Of a stretch of 64,000 nucleotides of DNA, positions 25,173 through 37,640 are shown piece by piece. Numbering within the stretch: the stretch's first letter is position 1; each line of letters opens with the position of its first letter. The stretch comes from Dipteris shenzhenensis (lineage: Eukaryota). The DNA lies in NCBI GenBank assembly GCA_047967505.1, contig CM106538.1; one strand, 5' to 3'. The notes under the pieces are model-generated. The model worked only from the letters and a program-made list of their open reading frames with translations. It ran no database searches and was not told where the DNA came from. The position numbers and the translations under genes were made by a program.

Positions 25173-25894
25173 ATATATATATATTATTTTCTTGTCCTCA
25201 CATAATAGAAATCGATTACATAGCCAAACTTAACTTCTTGTTATGCAGAAGTCACCCTATTTCATGCCAAAAAAACATTTAGAACCCCCACCTCCCCTTT
25301 GCCTCCTCTTCCATTTGAGAGAATTATATGTCAGCCCTTTTAAAGAATGGTATGAGTTGAGTATGAAACTTATGGACATCAGGCTCCCCTTTTAGGCCCA
25401 AAAGTGCAACAAGCTTCTAGATTGCCCTCTAGGTTCGCCCTTTCCATGACTTTGGTACTAGTAAGGAAAAGTCATTTTGTCTTGTACATGCTCATAGAGG
25501 AGAAATAACTATTTTTATTTGTAGAAGGTAAAGAAATAAGGAATGTCTTTTGTTTTGTCTACATAACATTGTCAAGAAAAAGTGCATGCGACAATATCCA
25601 AAAAGATAGACTCCTTTAGTAAGACCCTATTAAGGTTACTTTCCTTTCTACACTCCTTGTAATCAATATGGTAGCTTTTTCTATTATGTGGGCCAATGAA
25701 TGAAGGAAAGTGACTACTATGAAGGAAATTATCCACCTCACCAATTGGCCATTTAGGTGTATTGAAGTAGGGGTACCAGCAAAAAGCCAACAAGGACAAG
25801 GTATGAAAAAGCAACATGAATTACTTGAAATTTATTTTCCTAGAGCCTTGGGCCCTTGGTCTAAGTCTTTTAAATAAATGGCCCATCATATATA

Positions 25895-26502
25895 GGGCAA
25901 TGCTTGACATTATAAAATTATTTCTTGTAAGTTTCTATTAATGTATTGTCTATGATAGCAAAATGACTCATTTACCAATCTATTGGTGAAAGAAAAGAGC
26001 GTCACACCCATAGCATGGGCACTTTGCCACAATTTGTAAGACTTCTCTCACAAGACATAAGGAAAACTAATGTTGTTCTATATTTTATATAAGTGTTACT
26101 TGTGTGTTTTGTTATAGCAACAAAATTGTTTCCTTCCATGGCTATAAACATGAATTTGCCAAGGAGAATATGAGCAAGTTCAAATTGTCAAGTTATCATC
26201 ACACACCTTTTGAAAATGTTGTTTTGCTTACCCACACGACTTACTATACATTGCATACTCTTGTTATGTGAGCATTAGGCCCCTTAAAAGAGGGCAAACC
26301 AATCTCTAAGAATATGAGCAAGTTCAAATTGTCAAGTTATCATCACACACCTTTTGAAAATTTTGTTCTGCTTGCCCACACGACTTACTATACATTGCAT
26401 ACTCTTGTTATGTGAGCATTAGGCCTCTTAAAAGAGGGCAAACCAATCTCTAAGAGCAATGGCCATCCCCACCTATCACCCAACTAGATGTTAACACCAC
26501 AC

Positions 26503-26580
<78 letters not shown>

Positions 26581-27238
26581 GCCTTTTGGTCCATTGATTC
26601 CTATAGAAATCTTCACTACCAAACTAATGAGTTGTTGTGGTCCTTAACTTGCCATCTTTGTAGAAAAGCCCATTCAATGCTTCAAGCATCACAAGTAGGA
26701 CAATGCTTTTGACATCATAGACTTATAAATTTCTTTCTTGAAAATTTCCACTAATTTCTTGTCTATAAAGATGAGATGACTCATTAACAAATCTATTGCG
26801 AATAAAAAGAGAGTCACACCTTGTCATAGGCCCTTTGTTGTTAAATTGTAAGACTTTTCACACATGAAATGAGGACACCTAATGTTATTCTATCCTTAAC
26901 ATAGGAATTCCTTGTGTAGTTTGTTATAACTTGAAAATTGTGTCCTTCCATAGCTTCAAAGCCACTATATGAACATGCCAAGGAGAGAATTCTCAAAATT
27001 AGATTATTGATTTACATAATATATCTTCTCATAATTTAACTATTTCAATTGTTTTCACTTGCCCATAGGGCTTACCATCACTTGGACACTATTGTTGCTT
27101 GAGTATTAGGGCTCTTAAAAGAAGGCAAGCTAATTTCTTAAGAGCAAGGATCATCCCCACGAATCCCCAAGGTGAACATTGATGTGACACACAGTTTGTG
27201 TGTGTGTGTGCGCACATGTGCACGCCGTGCGTGCGTGC

Positions 27239-27306
<68 letters not shown>

Positions 27307-27370
27307 TATCAAGATTAGCATGTTGCTTTTTGGTCCATTGACTTCTATAGGAATCTTTACTACCAAACTA
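25895..27370. repeat. Two diverged units of about 0.8 kb, each ending in (GA)n; the first contains a young 144-bp internal duplication (26165 and 26309)
   Basis: CAATGCTT..GACAT...ATGACTCATT.AC.AATCTATTG... starts near 25898 and at 26701. (GA)n runs lie at about 26507-26577 and 27241-27303, and TTTTGGTCCATTGA follows both. Confidence 0.75.
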
Positions 27371-28908
27371 AAGAGACTAGAGATGAACCCATGCCACAAA
27401 TGAGACTACTGAGTGCTCATGTGCATGTGGTTGTTCTCATTGGGGCTTAGATAATAAAGCACAATGGAAGCTAAAAAGATGTGGCCGGGGGATGTGATGT
27501 GGGTTAGTTTTGAACAATATGAAGTCCCATTTTGGTTGATCTATGTGCGCAAGAGTAAGCTCTTAGTGAGGCTTGGCTAAATTTTTTTTGGTAAGGAAAA
27601 CATCATAGGGACTGTTTTTGTGATGCAAATGCATTTTCATTTTCGTGTAGGATAAGAGCAAAGGGCAAGGCTATGCAAGGGTTGCAAGGTGGCATGAATG
27701 AGGTGGTGCCCGAGGCTATGCAAGTGTTGCAAGGTGGTATGAATAGGAGAATGAGACGGTGTGAATGTAGATCGTGTGCAGTCGACAATATCAATGGTGA
27801 GGTGGGACACTCCTTGTTATGCCGGTGGCGTGGCGATACACTCCTTGTTATGCGATGGCGTGGCGATACAATGATTTTGAGCTTGTTGATCCATTTGTCC
27901 TAGGATTGATCTATCAACTTGACTTTAGGACTTAGAGGTGACCCAATGCAAGGACCCATGAGGGTTACAGAGCATTCATGACTCTTCAAAGCTCATTTTA
28001 AACTATTTGCTATGCTGCAAGAAGGCAAGCATTCATGTGACGTAGATGGTGAGCTGGCATGTATCTTTGAGGCATGTTGTTGGTGTTAAATCTCTCTCTC
28101 TCTCTCTCCCCCTTTTTTGAGTTGCAATAGATACTAGTGGAGCATAGGTGGATTCTTTACTATATCTTGTAAAGATGCACTTGGTGTGGACTACGAGGAG
28201 AGAGTTTGCAGAGGATAGGTGTGGAGGAGAATCATTGATGATGTTGTCGTATCGTACGTCGGGCACATGTGTGGTTCGGATTGCAGTCCATCAAGCTAAG
28301 GTTTGTCGGACCCTATTGGAGTAAGGGGGCACATGTTAGTAACTTTCTTCATTTCCATTGGATACCCCCTCTCCTTCCAACCGTGGCATGTTGCATCAGC
28401 CAGGCGGATCCGATCCTTGCCAAAAGAGGTGAGAGAGGAGAGCCGGATTTTTAGCACGGGCGAGAATTGAATCATGACGTGGATAGGTGACGTGGATGGT
28501 CATTGAGCAACAACATCATCATCATGATGATGGGCTTGATTCATCATCGTCGACTTCCTCTCCTGTTCACGCGATGCTGCGCTTGCTCAATTCAGGGAAA
28601 TTCGATGAGCTCCTGGGTCAATCGGTCCCGTGCAACTCTCAAATTTGATTTCCTGAACAACCCATCTCCTATCTTCTCTCTTGTTGGTTCGCGCGTCCCC
28701 GAACAACGACCGGGCTTTCTTCATGGGTCTAGAATGGAGGAACCCATTTCGGTTTTGTTTTCTGAATTCCTTCATCATAGCTCTCCATGCCATTTCTGCC
28801 GTCCCACAGCCCAAGTTCGTCGTCAGATTTTGACTTTTAGAAGGCTTCTGGAATTTTCCGAGCCCTGTGTGCTGCTAAAGTCTGTCCTGATTATCTCCAC
28901 GCTTGTCG

Positions 28909-29061
28909 TTGCCAGGTTCTATACCTGAAGAATTATGTCTACGGACTCTCTCTCCTGAGAAGAGTTTGGCTGGACATGGGCAGTCCTTGCCAGTTTCTAT
29001 ACCTGAAGAATTATGTCTAAGGACTCTCTCTCCTGAGAAGAGTTTGGCTGGACATGGGCAG
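28909..29061 (+). repeat. 78-bp tandem duplication just upstream of the F-box start codon
   Basis: TTGCCAG(G/T)TTCTATACCTGAAGAATTATG...GGACATGGGCAG occurs at 28909 and 28987 with 2 mismatches. Confidence 0.9.
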
Positions 29062-29081
29062 AGTTATTTCCAGCTGTTGTT

Positions 29082-30137
29082 ATGACATTAAGCAAAGTCC
29101 ACACGTTGCCGAAAATGAAAATAATGTCAAATTTTGATAGACTTCCTGATGGAGTCGTATGCTTGATCTTTTCCAAGCTAAACCTTGCCCAAACTGTGGC
29201 TCAATGTTCCACAGTCTGCCAACGTTGGAAGGCTTTATGCCGAACCGTCGACAGTCTTACCTTTGAATCTTTTCAACTCTTTGAAAACAGGGCGGAAACT
29301 AAGCGGAAGGCATCTTGTATCGAAGCTATTGTGACTGGAATGCTTTTGAAGACCAGTGGCATCCGGAACTTAAAAATAACATATCATCCAGTAGTGTGGC
29401 CATGGATTCCAGACGACTATTTTTCTGAAGGCAAAGTGTGTGAATGGCTTGAACATGTCAAGAGCTCTTTGGAGAACCTCACACTTGTTGACCCTAATTT
29501 AGTGAAACCTGCGTCAGACAGGTTGATACATTTATCTGATTGCCGCAAGTTACAATGGCTGAATCTTTGCTATGGCTCGATTCCTGAAATACCTGTACAA
29601 TGCCGTCGCTTTGAGCTTTTGAAGTCTTGTTTTTTAGACTTGGTTGTTATTAGTGATATTGCACTAGAGGCTTTTGTCGAGTTATGCCCTCTATTGGAAC
29701 ATTTGAAGTTAAACTCTTGCAGGGGTTTAGTTAGTCCACTTATGAGGGCCCCAAGTCTTAAATGTCTGGAGATTTTAAATGACTTGGATGGATGCGTGGA
29801 ATCGATTCAGAGGGTGTATGCAAATGCACCCAAGCTTGTAAAGGTCTCTATAAGCTATGCCAAAGAACTGATCGCTGAAGGACAAGGTCTTTTGGAGCTG
29901 GAATTGTTGTGTCATGTAAAGCCTCAGATACAGGCTTTGCCCGCTGTTAAGAGTCTTTATATGAATGGGCACACCTGGGAACTGGATAGCATATCTGAAT
30001 TTGTGCGACTCGGAACAACAGTGAGAACTTTGTATATTGACGTCAAACTCAAGGAAAAGAATCCTGTGCGCCTTGATTACTTCTTGGGGCATCTGCAGGA
30101 TTTGAATTCACTATACATCAGTTCTGATTTCTTTCAG
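29082..30137 (+). CDS. F-box/LRR-type protein, coding exon 1
   Basis: N-terminal F-box FDRLPDGVVCLIFSKL...CSTVCQRWKAL, followed by LRR-like LxxLxL repeats (CPLLEHLKLNSC). The donor is TTTCAG|GTTTGC, phase 0. The true start may be the ATG at 29115 or 29124. Confidence 0.88.
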
Positions 30138-30384
30138 GTTTGCTTCTAAACGAATGACTTTCACCTTTTCTGCAGCTAGACTCAATGCACTTGCTAATGA
30201 ATACTTAGTGAAGGTGACTGTCTATCCTCTCCTCGTAGCTAATGCATTTTATGTTGTCTAACAAGTCCTCAATGTACTTTTGATTGGAATGCCCAAGTCG
30301 TTTAGAGACTTTAGGTCATGTGAAAAAGTCATCATAAAATAAGGTTTGTTTCACACAGACAATTAATGGGTTATGTGGATTCAG

Positions 30385-30651
30385 TGCCTGCAGGCTGGTG
30401 CCAAGTTCATCTCTGCTTTCCAGTGGATGAGCTTACCACAGTTGGAGGACATCACAATTGCTGTGACTTGTGGCAATGAGCATTGCATCACGGTTCTTGG
30501 AATACTTCTGAAGTGCTCTAGTTCCTTGAAAACACTCCGGATCAATGTAGAGCCACTGGAAAACAGCACTGAAAATGTGGCATTTTTTAGTGGCGTGTTG
30601 GCATTGCAGAGAAGTTATCCTCATGTTGAGATCACATTTGGCCTGTCCTGA
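30385..30651 (+). CDS. F-box/LRR-type protein, coding exon 2
   Basis: Acceptor TTCAG| in phase 0 (alternative at 30394). It continues CLQAG...LLKCSSSLKTLRINV...YPHVEI*, an LRR/FBD-like C-terminus. Confidence 0.8.
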   Translation, partial: CLQAGAKFISAFQWMSLPQLEDITIAVTCGNEHCITVLGILLKCSSSLKTLRINVEPLENSTENVAFFSGVLALQRSYPHVEITFGLS

Positions 30652-33499
30652 TAGATCGGTTATCTCTAATCAAGGGATTTCTCCTGACTGTACATCTTAT
30701 GGCTAGAGCTCTGTATATGGGGACAAGAAGCCACGTCTCCAAGCTGATCTTTTGTACATAGTGCATGCCATTATTACTGACAAGCTGGTGAAAGTTAAGA
30801 ATAAAGAAATCTTCATTTAGCTGAGACCCTTCATACTTTTTCTCTTGTTTCCAAGTAACCTATTCCATCTTCTGTGCTTGTTATATGCTGTGAATTTCTG
30901 CTTGTTTAAACATGGTTGTCTTGAAAAGCTGTCTCTGATGGAAACATCTATCGGTAGCTGAGTCTCCTGCATCAGAATACGTAGTACATGTTAGACATTG
31001 GCAACACCTGTGCACACATCTGCTGGTAACGAGTTCCGGAAGTGGCAAATACTCCTTGCAGAAGAGGTAATTTTTCATTGGTGGCTCTTTTTTGAAGCAG
31101 GCAAGAGTTTCTCATATGTGGTCTTTATAAGAGCAAGATTGTGGGCAGCAAGCACATGAGGCTGTGTACTGGATAAGGAGCGCTGAAATCAGGTGTGTCA
31201 CGGGTGCAAGTTTGTAGAAACAAGTGGCCATGATCTTTACTACCATTGAGGTCTTAAGAGATGGCAAGAGATTAAAATAGTTCTTTGGGAACAGCAATTG
31301 AAAAATAATTATCATGTAACATCAAGTAGAAAGAAAATTTGGAAAGAAGAACCTAGGCTTGAGGACTGAGATGACCGATCAAGTCAATGTGATACTAAGT
31401 AACAATTGGGGACAACAAAGTTCAGATTCTAATATTCTTCTTTTTTTCTAAACAAATAATACTAAAATGCTGAACATGATGGCAAAATAAATTTGAAAAA
31501 GGCTCAAAGAATAATGTTTCAACAACAGTTTCCAGTCTGGAAAACCTGCAGTCAAACTTGGTAATGTCCACCATTGCCTTATCTAAAGAAAGGGCTGATA
31601 TTCACTTCATCTCTGCCCAAAATGAGGAGAGAAGTGGTCCCAATCTTGTGCACAAAGCCCAACAATGAGTAGTCTGTTGTCTGTTAAAATCCTCTCAACA
31701 CTGAGTAGAATGTTAGTTTTTTTTTTCTTTTGAGTAGAGTTTTAGTTATAGAGAGCACCTTTTGAAATAAGTTGAGCAGGCTCGGGAAATAAGAAGGGGG
31801 GAACACCCAGTGACTGCAGAAAAATATACTATGAGATAGAAGAATATGTGATAGCCTAGGGAGCTACAATAAAAGTATTAGAGCGGCAAGCATATGCAGA
31901 GGAGCTTCCAATATATATGTATTTTGCACATATGTATAGGTGAAAAGGAAAGTCGTTTGGCAGTCGGGAGAGAGTGAGTTTTGATTTTTAAGAGAAGCGT
32001 GTGGTGGGCAGGTGGCAACAGAAATTAAAATCAGAAGGAATTTGGCATGGAAAAGGTGTGGTTAACTTGGAGTAGCAAGAAGTGAAATGACATGCAGGGA
32101 TGAGTTGATGAAGTTAATGCAGAAGGGTTTTATGAAGATGTGATTGATATCCTGCTTGTGCCAGCCAAATCAGGTATTGAAGATGAGCAAGGCTCCAGGG
32201 CAGCCCCAAGTTTCATGAATGTATCCATACAGGGTAGAGGTAAGTTGGTCGTCATAGAAACAATTCTTTGTGCTAGTCACTGAGTTTCCTACAATCCTTT
32301 CCATGCAAAATATCTGCATGAGGCCTGTTTTTCCAGCAATGTTTCCCTTCTATGTTGACAAACGTTGTCAAATGTAGCAGCTAGGCAATGATAAGAGATG
32401 TAGGCATTCCCGCAAGAGAACATTGGAGTGCATCCTGGAAATGTCAATATTGTCACGGTGGTCAGCTGTTTCACCTGCACTCTTCCATCATCGAGCAGTG
32501 TCACATCCATGCCCTCATTGCTACACCAAGAAGGTCTACAAGGGTTTTATATCCCGGAATAGACAAAACGATGTATTGTAGTTATATTTTCCCTCGGCAA
32601 GGAATTGTTCACACTATATTGGATTATGTGGCAAGGTCCTTTGCTTTTAGGAAAGATGACTGCTACAAGTTGAAAGATTCACATTAGATGTTCTATAGAA
32701 GATAAGGCTGTGTTTTTAAGCTCCTTGCATTGACTTATGGTGTCACCTCTGTGACAAAATGCATGGAGAATTGTAACAAAGGACTACCTTGGTTCCTGCA
32801 AACTCCAATATATTTTCGACTATCCATCCAAATTTAATTCTAGCTGAAAATCGTATGCATGTTTTTCTTGGACGTCTAGAACGCCTAAAAATAGCAAGTT
32901 AAATAATTTTTGGTAACTCTTCCTAGGTAGTAATGAGATGTGGCAGAAGTACCCCATTTTAGCATTCCACATGACATCACTGACATAAGTGAGCAGTGCC
33001 ATGTGTCAGCTTAACATGTGGCATCCATGCATCTTGGGCAGCCTCATGGACCCTTGTTAAAAGGATGGGAGAAGAGAGAGAGCTCACCCGGTCTGTGGTG
33101 CAGCTCCCTTGGGCTGCCCTATACGTGTCTTGCAACACTCGATCAAGCTGAAAATAACCACTTGTCTCAAACTCTTGTACATGATTCATCTAACCATTCT
33201 TCCCATTCTAAAGCGGAGTTCACAGCCTCCTCTTTGTGAGAAGGGGAGGCCCAAAGGGATGTTTCCCACTCCCCTGCAAACTTCTATAGGGCATTCCCAC
33301 GCTCCCACTTGTTGGCTACCTTCTCCGAGAGCTCTCTCTTACTGGCTAACCTCTCTATAGAGCTCCCCCTTGCTGGCTGTTCACTCGTGAGCACTCCAGT
33401 CCTCATCTTATCTCAAGTTCCTGAACAGCTCGTCCCTTGAGAAGATTCCTATATATAAGCATGAGTCAATATGCCAAAGAGGTAACTATATAGTTACAT

Positions 33500-35000
33500 T
33501 AGTATATGGCAGGAAGATCCTAATCTCAAGAAAGAAATCTCAGATTAAGGACTTTTCTTTTCTAGTACTAACCTAGTAAAACTTTGTTTTAAAAGATTTT
33601 CTTTTAGTAAGAAAGCCTCAAAGGGTGCTCATTTGGGCACAAGCATGACATAGAAGGAAGTAGGAGACGATTTGCTATATCAAAACCTGAAGATTTAGCA
33701 AGCGAGGGCTTGTTAAATCAAAGCCCAAAGTAGGAGAGGATCTACTTAATCAAAACTTGAAGCAGCAGCTGGAGAAGATCTACTATGTTAAGTAGAAAAA
33801 TAGGCTAAGAGAGAGAGCAGCCGGCACAATGTAGTTTATTGTATACTACTATTTGTGGCTGATTGTATACTGCTATTTGTTGGGATTATGTTTGAAACAC
33901 CATAATATGCATGTGCTCATTACACAGTTAGGTCCCCAAGTGCCATATACCCAGGTTCCTTTATGGGACATGCACTACAATGGTGTAATTTACATCTTCC
34001 AACATCCCCTCTTAATTTACAATGGATAACTAGAGGGTGCTTTATGGGTCACACATGAAATCTTGGGGGGCAGAAAAAGAGTGAGTTTTGTTGAAGATAA
34101 GGTCGCAACTGGCTGCTTTTTGCTTTGCCATGATAAATCTACTAATCTAAGACTAAATGAATCTTTACGGCATTTTTGCCATCAACATTCTCGGTGGAAT
34201 TTGAATCACCTTATCCAAAGTAAGCTAGATTAATATCTATCATATTTTAAGCCATAGTTCCATGTGCTTTTAAAGTATTTGAGTATTCTTTGGCTACTTG
34301 AATATGATTTTTTTTGGAATTTATACAAGCTCACCTGAAAATGCCAATTGCATCTGTAAAATATCTAGCCTTATAATTATCAAATAGGTCAAGCTTAAAA
34401 TGAGCTTTCTATATCGATATGGATCTATATCAAAAAAAATTATCATGAGCTAATAACTCGGGATTTGTCTCTATTAGAGTAGGGAGTGGCTTATAATCAT
34501 GCAAATGAAATTGCTTCAACCTTTTGGGTGTACTTTTCCTATGTAAGAATAATTCCATTTTCACCTCTCAAAATTTATATTCTTGAAAAATAATGATCTC
34601 CCATGTCTTTCATATGAGATTCTACTATGAGATTTGACATGCTCTCAAATAAGCTAACCATGATAACCTAACATAAAAGTGTAATCATCAACATATAAAA
34701 CCAAAAATCCGATCCTGTTTTTTTATGTGAAGTGGAGGATCTAAATTTGATTATAAAAACACATGGTGATAAAGTGATTGTGCATTCTGGCATTCCATGC
34801 TTGTGGTTGCGTGCTTTAGTCCATACAATGGTTTTCACAATTTACAATGTTCTTCTCTAAACCTTTGAAAACCAACCATTGGCTATGTCATTTAGAATTT
34901 TTGATCTAAATACCATTGAGAAAACATTTTTAATGGGTTATGAAGGCCAAAAAAACATGTTATGGAGAAAATTTTTAAACAAAATTTCCTTCATAACCTA
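33500..35000 (-). mobile_element. Degenerate Ty1/copia RT-RNase H remnant with PPT and a probable 3' LTR
   Basis: The minus strand gives LVLYVDD (about 34690-34710), QAWNARM and KRILKYFKSTWNYGLKY. A GAGGGGA|TGTTGG PPT-LTR junction lies at about 34004. The left boundary is uncertain. Confidence 0.65.
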
Positions 35001-35143
35001 TTCCATAAGTTTGTGCACTACTTGACAACTTATATAGCTTTGAATTGATGTGTATGCGTGTGTGTCCATGCATGTTTTGTGTGTGTGTGCACAGGCATGC
35101 ATGTGTGCTCGCATGCTTTGTGTGTGTGTGTGTGTACGCGTGC

Positions 35144-37247
35144 AAATTGATATTGCCAAAGCCTTTGATACTGTTCAGTGGGATTTTATTTCATCGACTA
35201 TGCAAGCATTGGGTTTTGGCACAAAAATGCAGCAACTCATTACTTGGCTATATCAAGATAGTGAAGCTGCCTGTATACTCTCAGGAGATATTTCCCCATC
35301 CTGGACTCTTGCTTGCTCTGTCAGGCAAGGATGTCCCCTGAGTGCTTTACTTTTTGCTATAGCCACCCATCCACTGCTTCAATATTTGGATCACCTTTTG
35401 GACACTGATCAGTTGCATGGTTTGGAGATTCTTGGTAGTCGCAGCATGATTGCTCAGGCATATGCTGATGATTCATTCTTTACTCCAAAAAATACTCGGG
35501 CTGATTTGTCCATGATTATGCATGCTCTTTCCACATATGGTTTGGCTGCTGGCCTTCGGGTAAATTTTCAGAAATCAAAATTGCTGCCATTACATGCACA
35601 GGAATGGCACAACCTTCTGTGGCCTGGGGAAATTGTCCCCGCTTCTCATTTTATTCGACATCTTGGTTATCCTCTAGGCTGGGGACTCACCCGCTCACAA
35701 CAAACTGATTGGGTGCTAGCAAAGTTAAGGGCAAAACTTGAATATTGGAAGCTTGCAACTTGGCCATTACATGTTCGCCTGCGAATCACACAATCCATTT
35801 TGATAGCATACATACAATTTTATCTACCTCTCACTATGTTCACTAAGGCAGATCTGGTTTCATTTATGTCAGCTATCATGGAAATTTTCTGGCGTTCAAA
35901 ACATGGCAAGAAAAGTCTCAGATTACTCTCTATGCATCGTCTCTGTTCTCCCAAGATGCACGGAGGTCTGAACATTCTCGATATTCAAATGCATTTACTT
36001 GCTCACATAGGGAAAATGATGATACAGTTTATGCAAGGAGATCAGCCTTGGGCTTTCATGATCCGCTCTCTCTTATTACATCTTCATATATCTGCCTTTG
36101 GGCATTGGCAGCTTACTCAGTGGGATTTTTTATTTGGCTCTATCCAAGGCAAGATCAGAGGATGCCCTTTTGTCTCTCGTCTGCTTCTTGATTGGAAACA
36201 TATTCTATCCCATTTGGAATGGCATGGCAGGGACTCTCTCTCGGGCAACTCTTTGAGGTTAGAGAATATTTTTTGGTCTAAAGTTTTCCACCCCCCTTTG
36301 GCCATACAAGAACCCCGACGTTCTTATTTTCTCTCCTTCAAAGGCATTTCATCTGTGGCGGATGCACTTCAGGATGATGGCACAATCTTATCTTTTTCTA
36401 TGGCTGCTCGCAAATATGGCTTGGGAGCTCATTATCGTCCTTCATGGCATCGAATTTCAGCAATGCTCCAACCGTACTTGCCGGTACTCCATTTGGAACT
36501 TCAGAATCGGCTTGAGGATTGGATCTTACGCTCTCCTTCCTTATATGCCCGTCCTCTGAAGCTCTCACATATCACAGTGTCATCACTGTATAAAGTATTA
36601 TTACCTCCGCCTTGGATTTCCCACAAAGCAAATACTGTTTGGCATATGGATCGCCCAATGAAGTGGTGGAGAAAAAGGCTGCGTCTCCTTTGGCATTACA
36701 AAGTCCCTCTACGATAACAGCTTTTCTTATGGCGAGTTCTTCTTGGCATTTTTCCATCCGGACAGTTACTCGCACACAGACATATTGCTTCAGCTGTTTG
36801 TCACCGATGTCAGCACTCTACTGAATCAGTGTTTCATATCTTTTGGTCTTGTCCAAACACTTCTGATCTCATTGCTCTCATCAGACAAAGGCTTCAACAG
36901 CTATTTCCTACTGTTACTTTTGAGAGATTTTTCTGGTTGTTTGGCTTTCATCCACAGGGATTTGATTTATTTTTTGTATGGGTGCGCTATTGGACCCTAT
37001 GGACTTTATGGATGGACAGAAATCATAGAGTCTTTGGTGATCCACTATTTTCATCTTTTCTTTTTTTCAAACGATCTCTGCAACAATCATTTTATGATTG
37101 TCTTCAGACTCGTTTGATTGATCAGGATGTATATACAGCTTATACTGAGATCTTCAGTTGAGTAGTAGTTACTTCGTTTTTTTGAAGTAACTATGAATGT
37201 AATTATTCTACAGTAATAAAAGATTTCTTCCCACCAAAAAAAAAAAA
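35144..37247 (+). mobile_element. 5'-truncated L1-clade LINE (RT domain plus C-terminal zf-RVT)
   Basis: DIAKAFDTVQW, VRQGCPLS, AYADD and HLGYPLG are present. A single in-frame TAA at 36715-36717 is followed by CHRCQHSTESVFHIFWSC and a stop at 37161. AATAAA and an A12 tail (37236-37247) follow. The 16-bp TSD GTGTGTGTACGCGTGC is at 35128-35143 and 37248-37263. Confidence 0.95.
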
Positions 37248-37290
37248 GTGTGTGTACGCGTGCGTGCGTGCATGCGTGTGTATGTGTGTG

Positions 37291-37640
37291 TCTAGAGTTT
37301 TTGTCCCTCCGTTTGCAAGTGCAAGAACCTCGCCGCTCGTTAAAGGCATCCATTTAGTGGCAAATGTCATTCAAGATGATGGGTTTCCTCTTTCTTTTCC
37401 ATTGGCTGTTGCAAAATTTGCCTTTTCATCCCATTCCACCATTGGAGCTTCAAGAACGCCTTCATGATGGGATTATTACTTCTCCAGGATCTCGTTCTTG
37501 AAACCATTACAGCTGTCACATATTACTGTCTCTTCATTATACAAGGTCCTTTTACCCCCACCATGGGTTTCTCATAAGCTCAATCAGCTTTGGCAAATGA
37601 ATCGCACAGCAAAGTGGTGGCACAAAATACTATGCCAAAT
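37291..37640 (+). mobile_element. Older, degenerate fragment of a related L1 LINE
   Basis: It aligns by eye to 36277-36690, for example LSHITVSSLYKVLLPPPW.SHK and ...KWW, with deletions. Confidence 0.8.

Noticed and set aside
20064-29061. Short direct repeats as CRISPR-like arrays
   Set aside because: They are simple two-copy tandem duplications without unique spacers, in a eukaryotic context.
32160-33240. Cys-containing frames (KCQYCH, PCPHC) suggesting a CACTA transposase relic
   Set aside because: Too degenerate to support without an HMM search.
35050-35143. Cys/Val-rich N-terminus of the 555-aa ORF
   Set aside because: It is translated GT microsatellite upstream of the LINE 5' truncation point, not part of ORF2.
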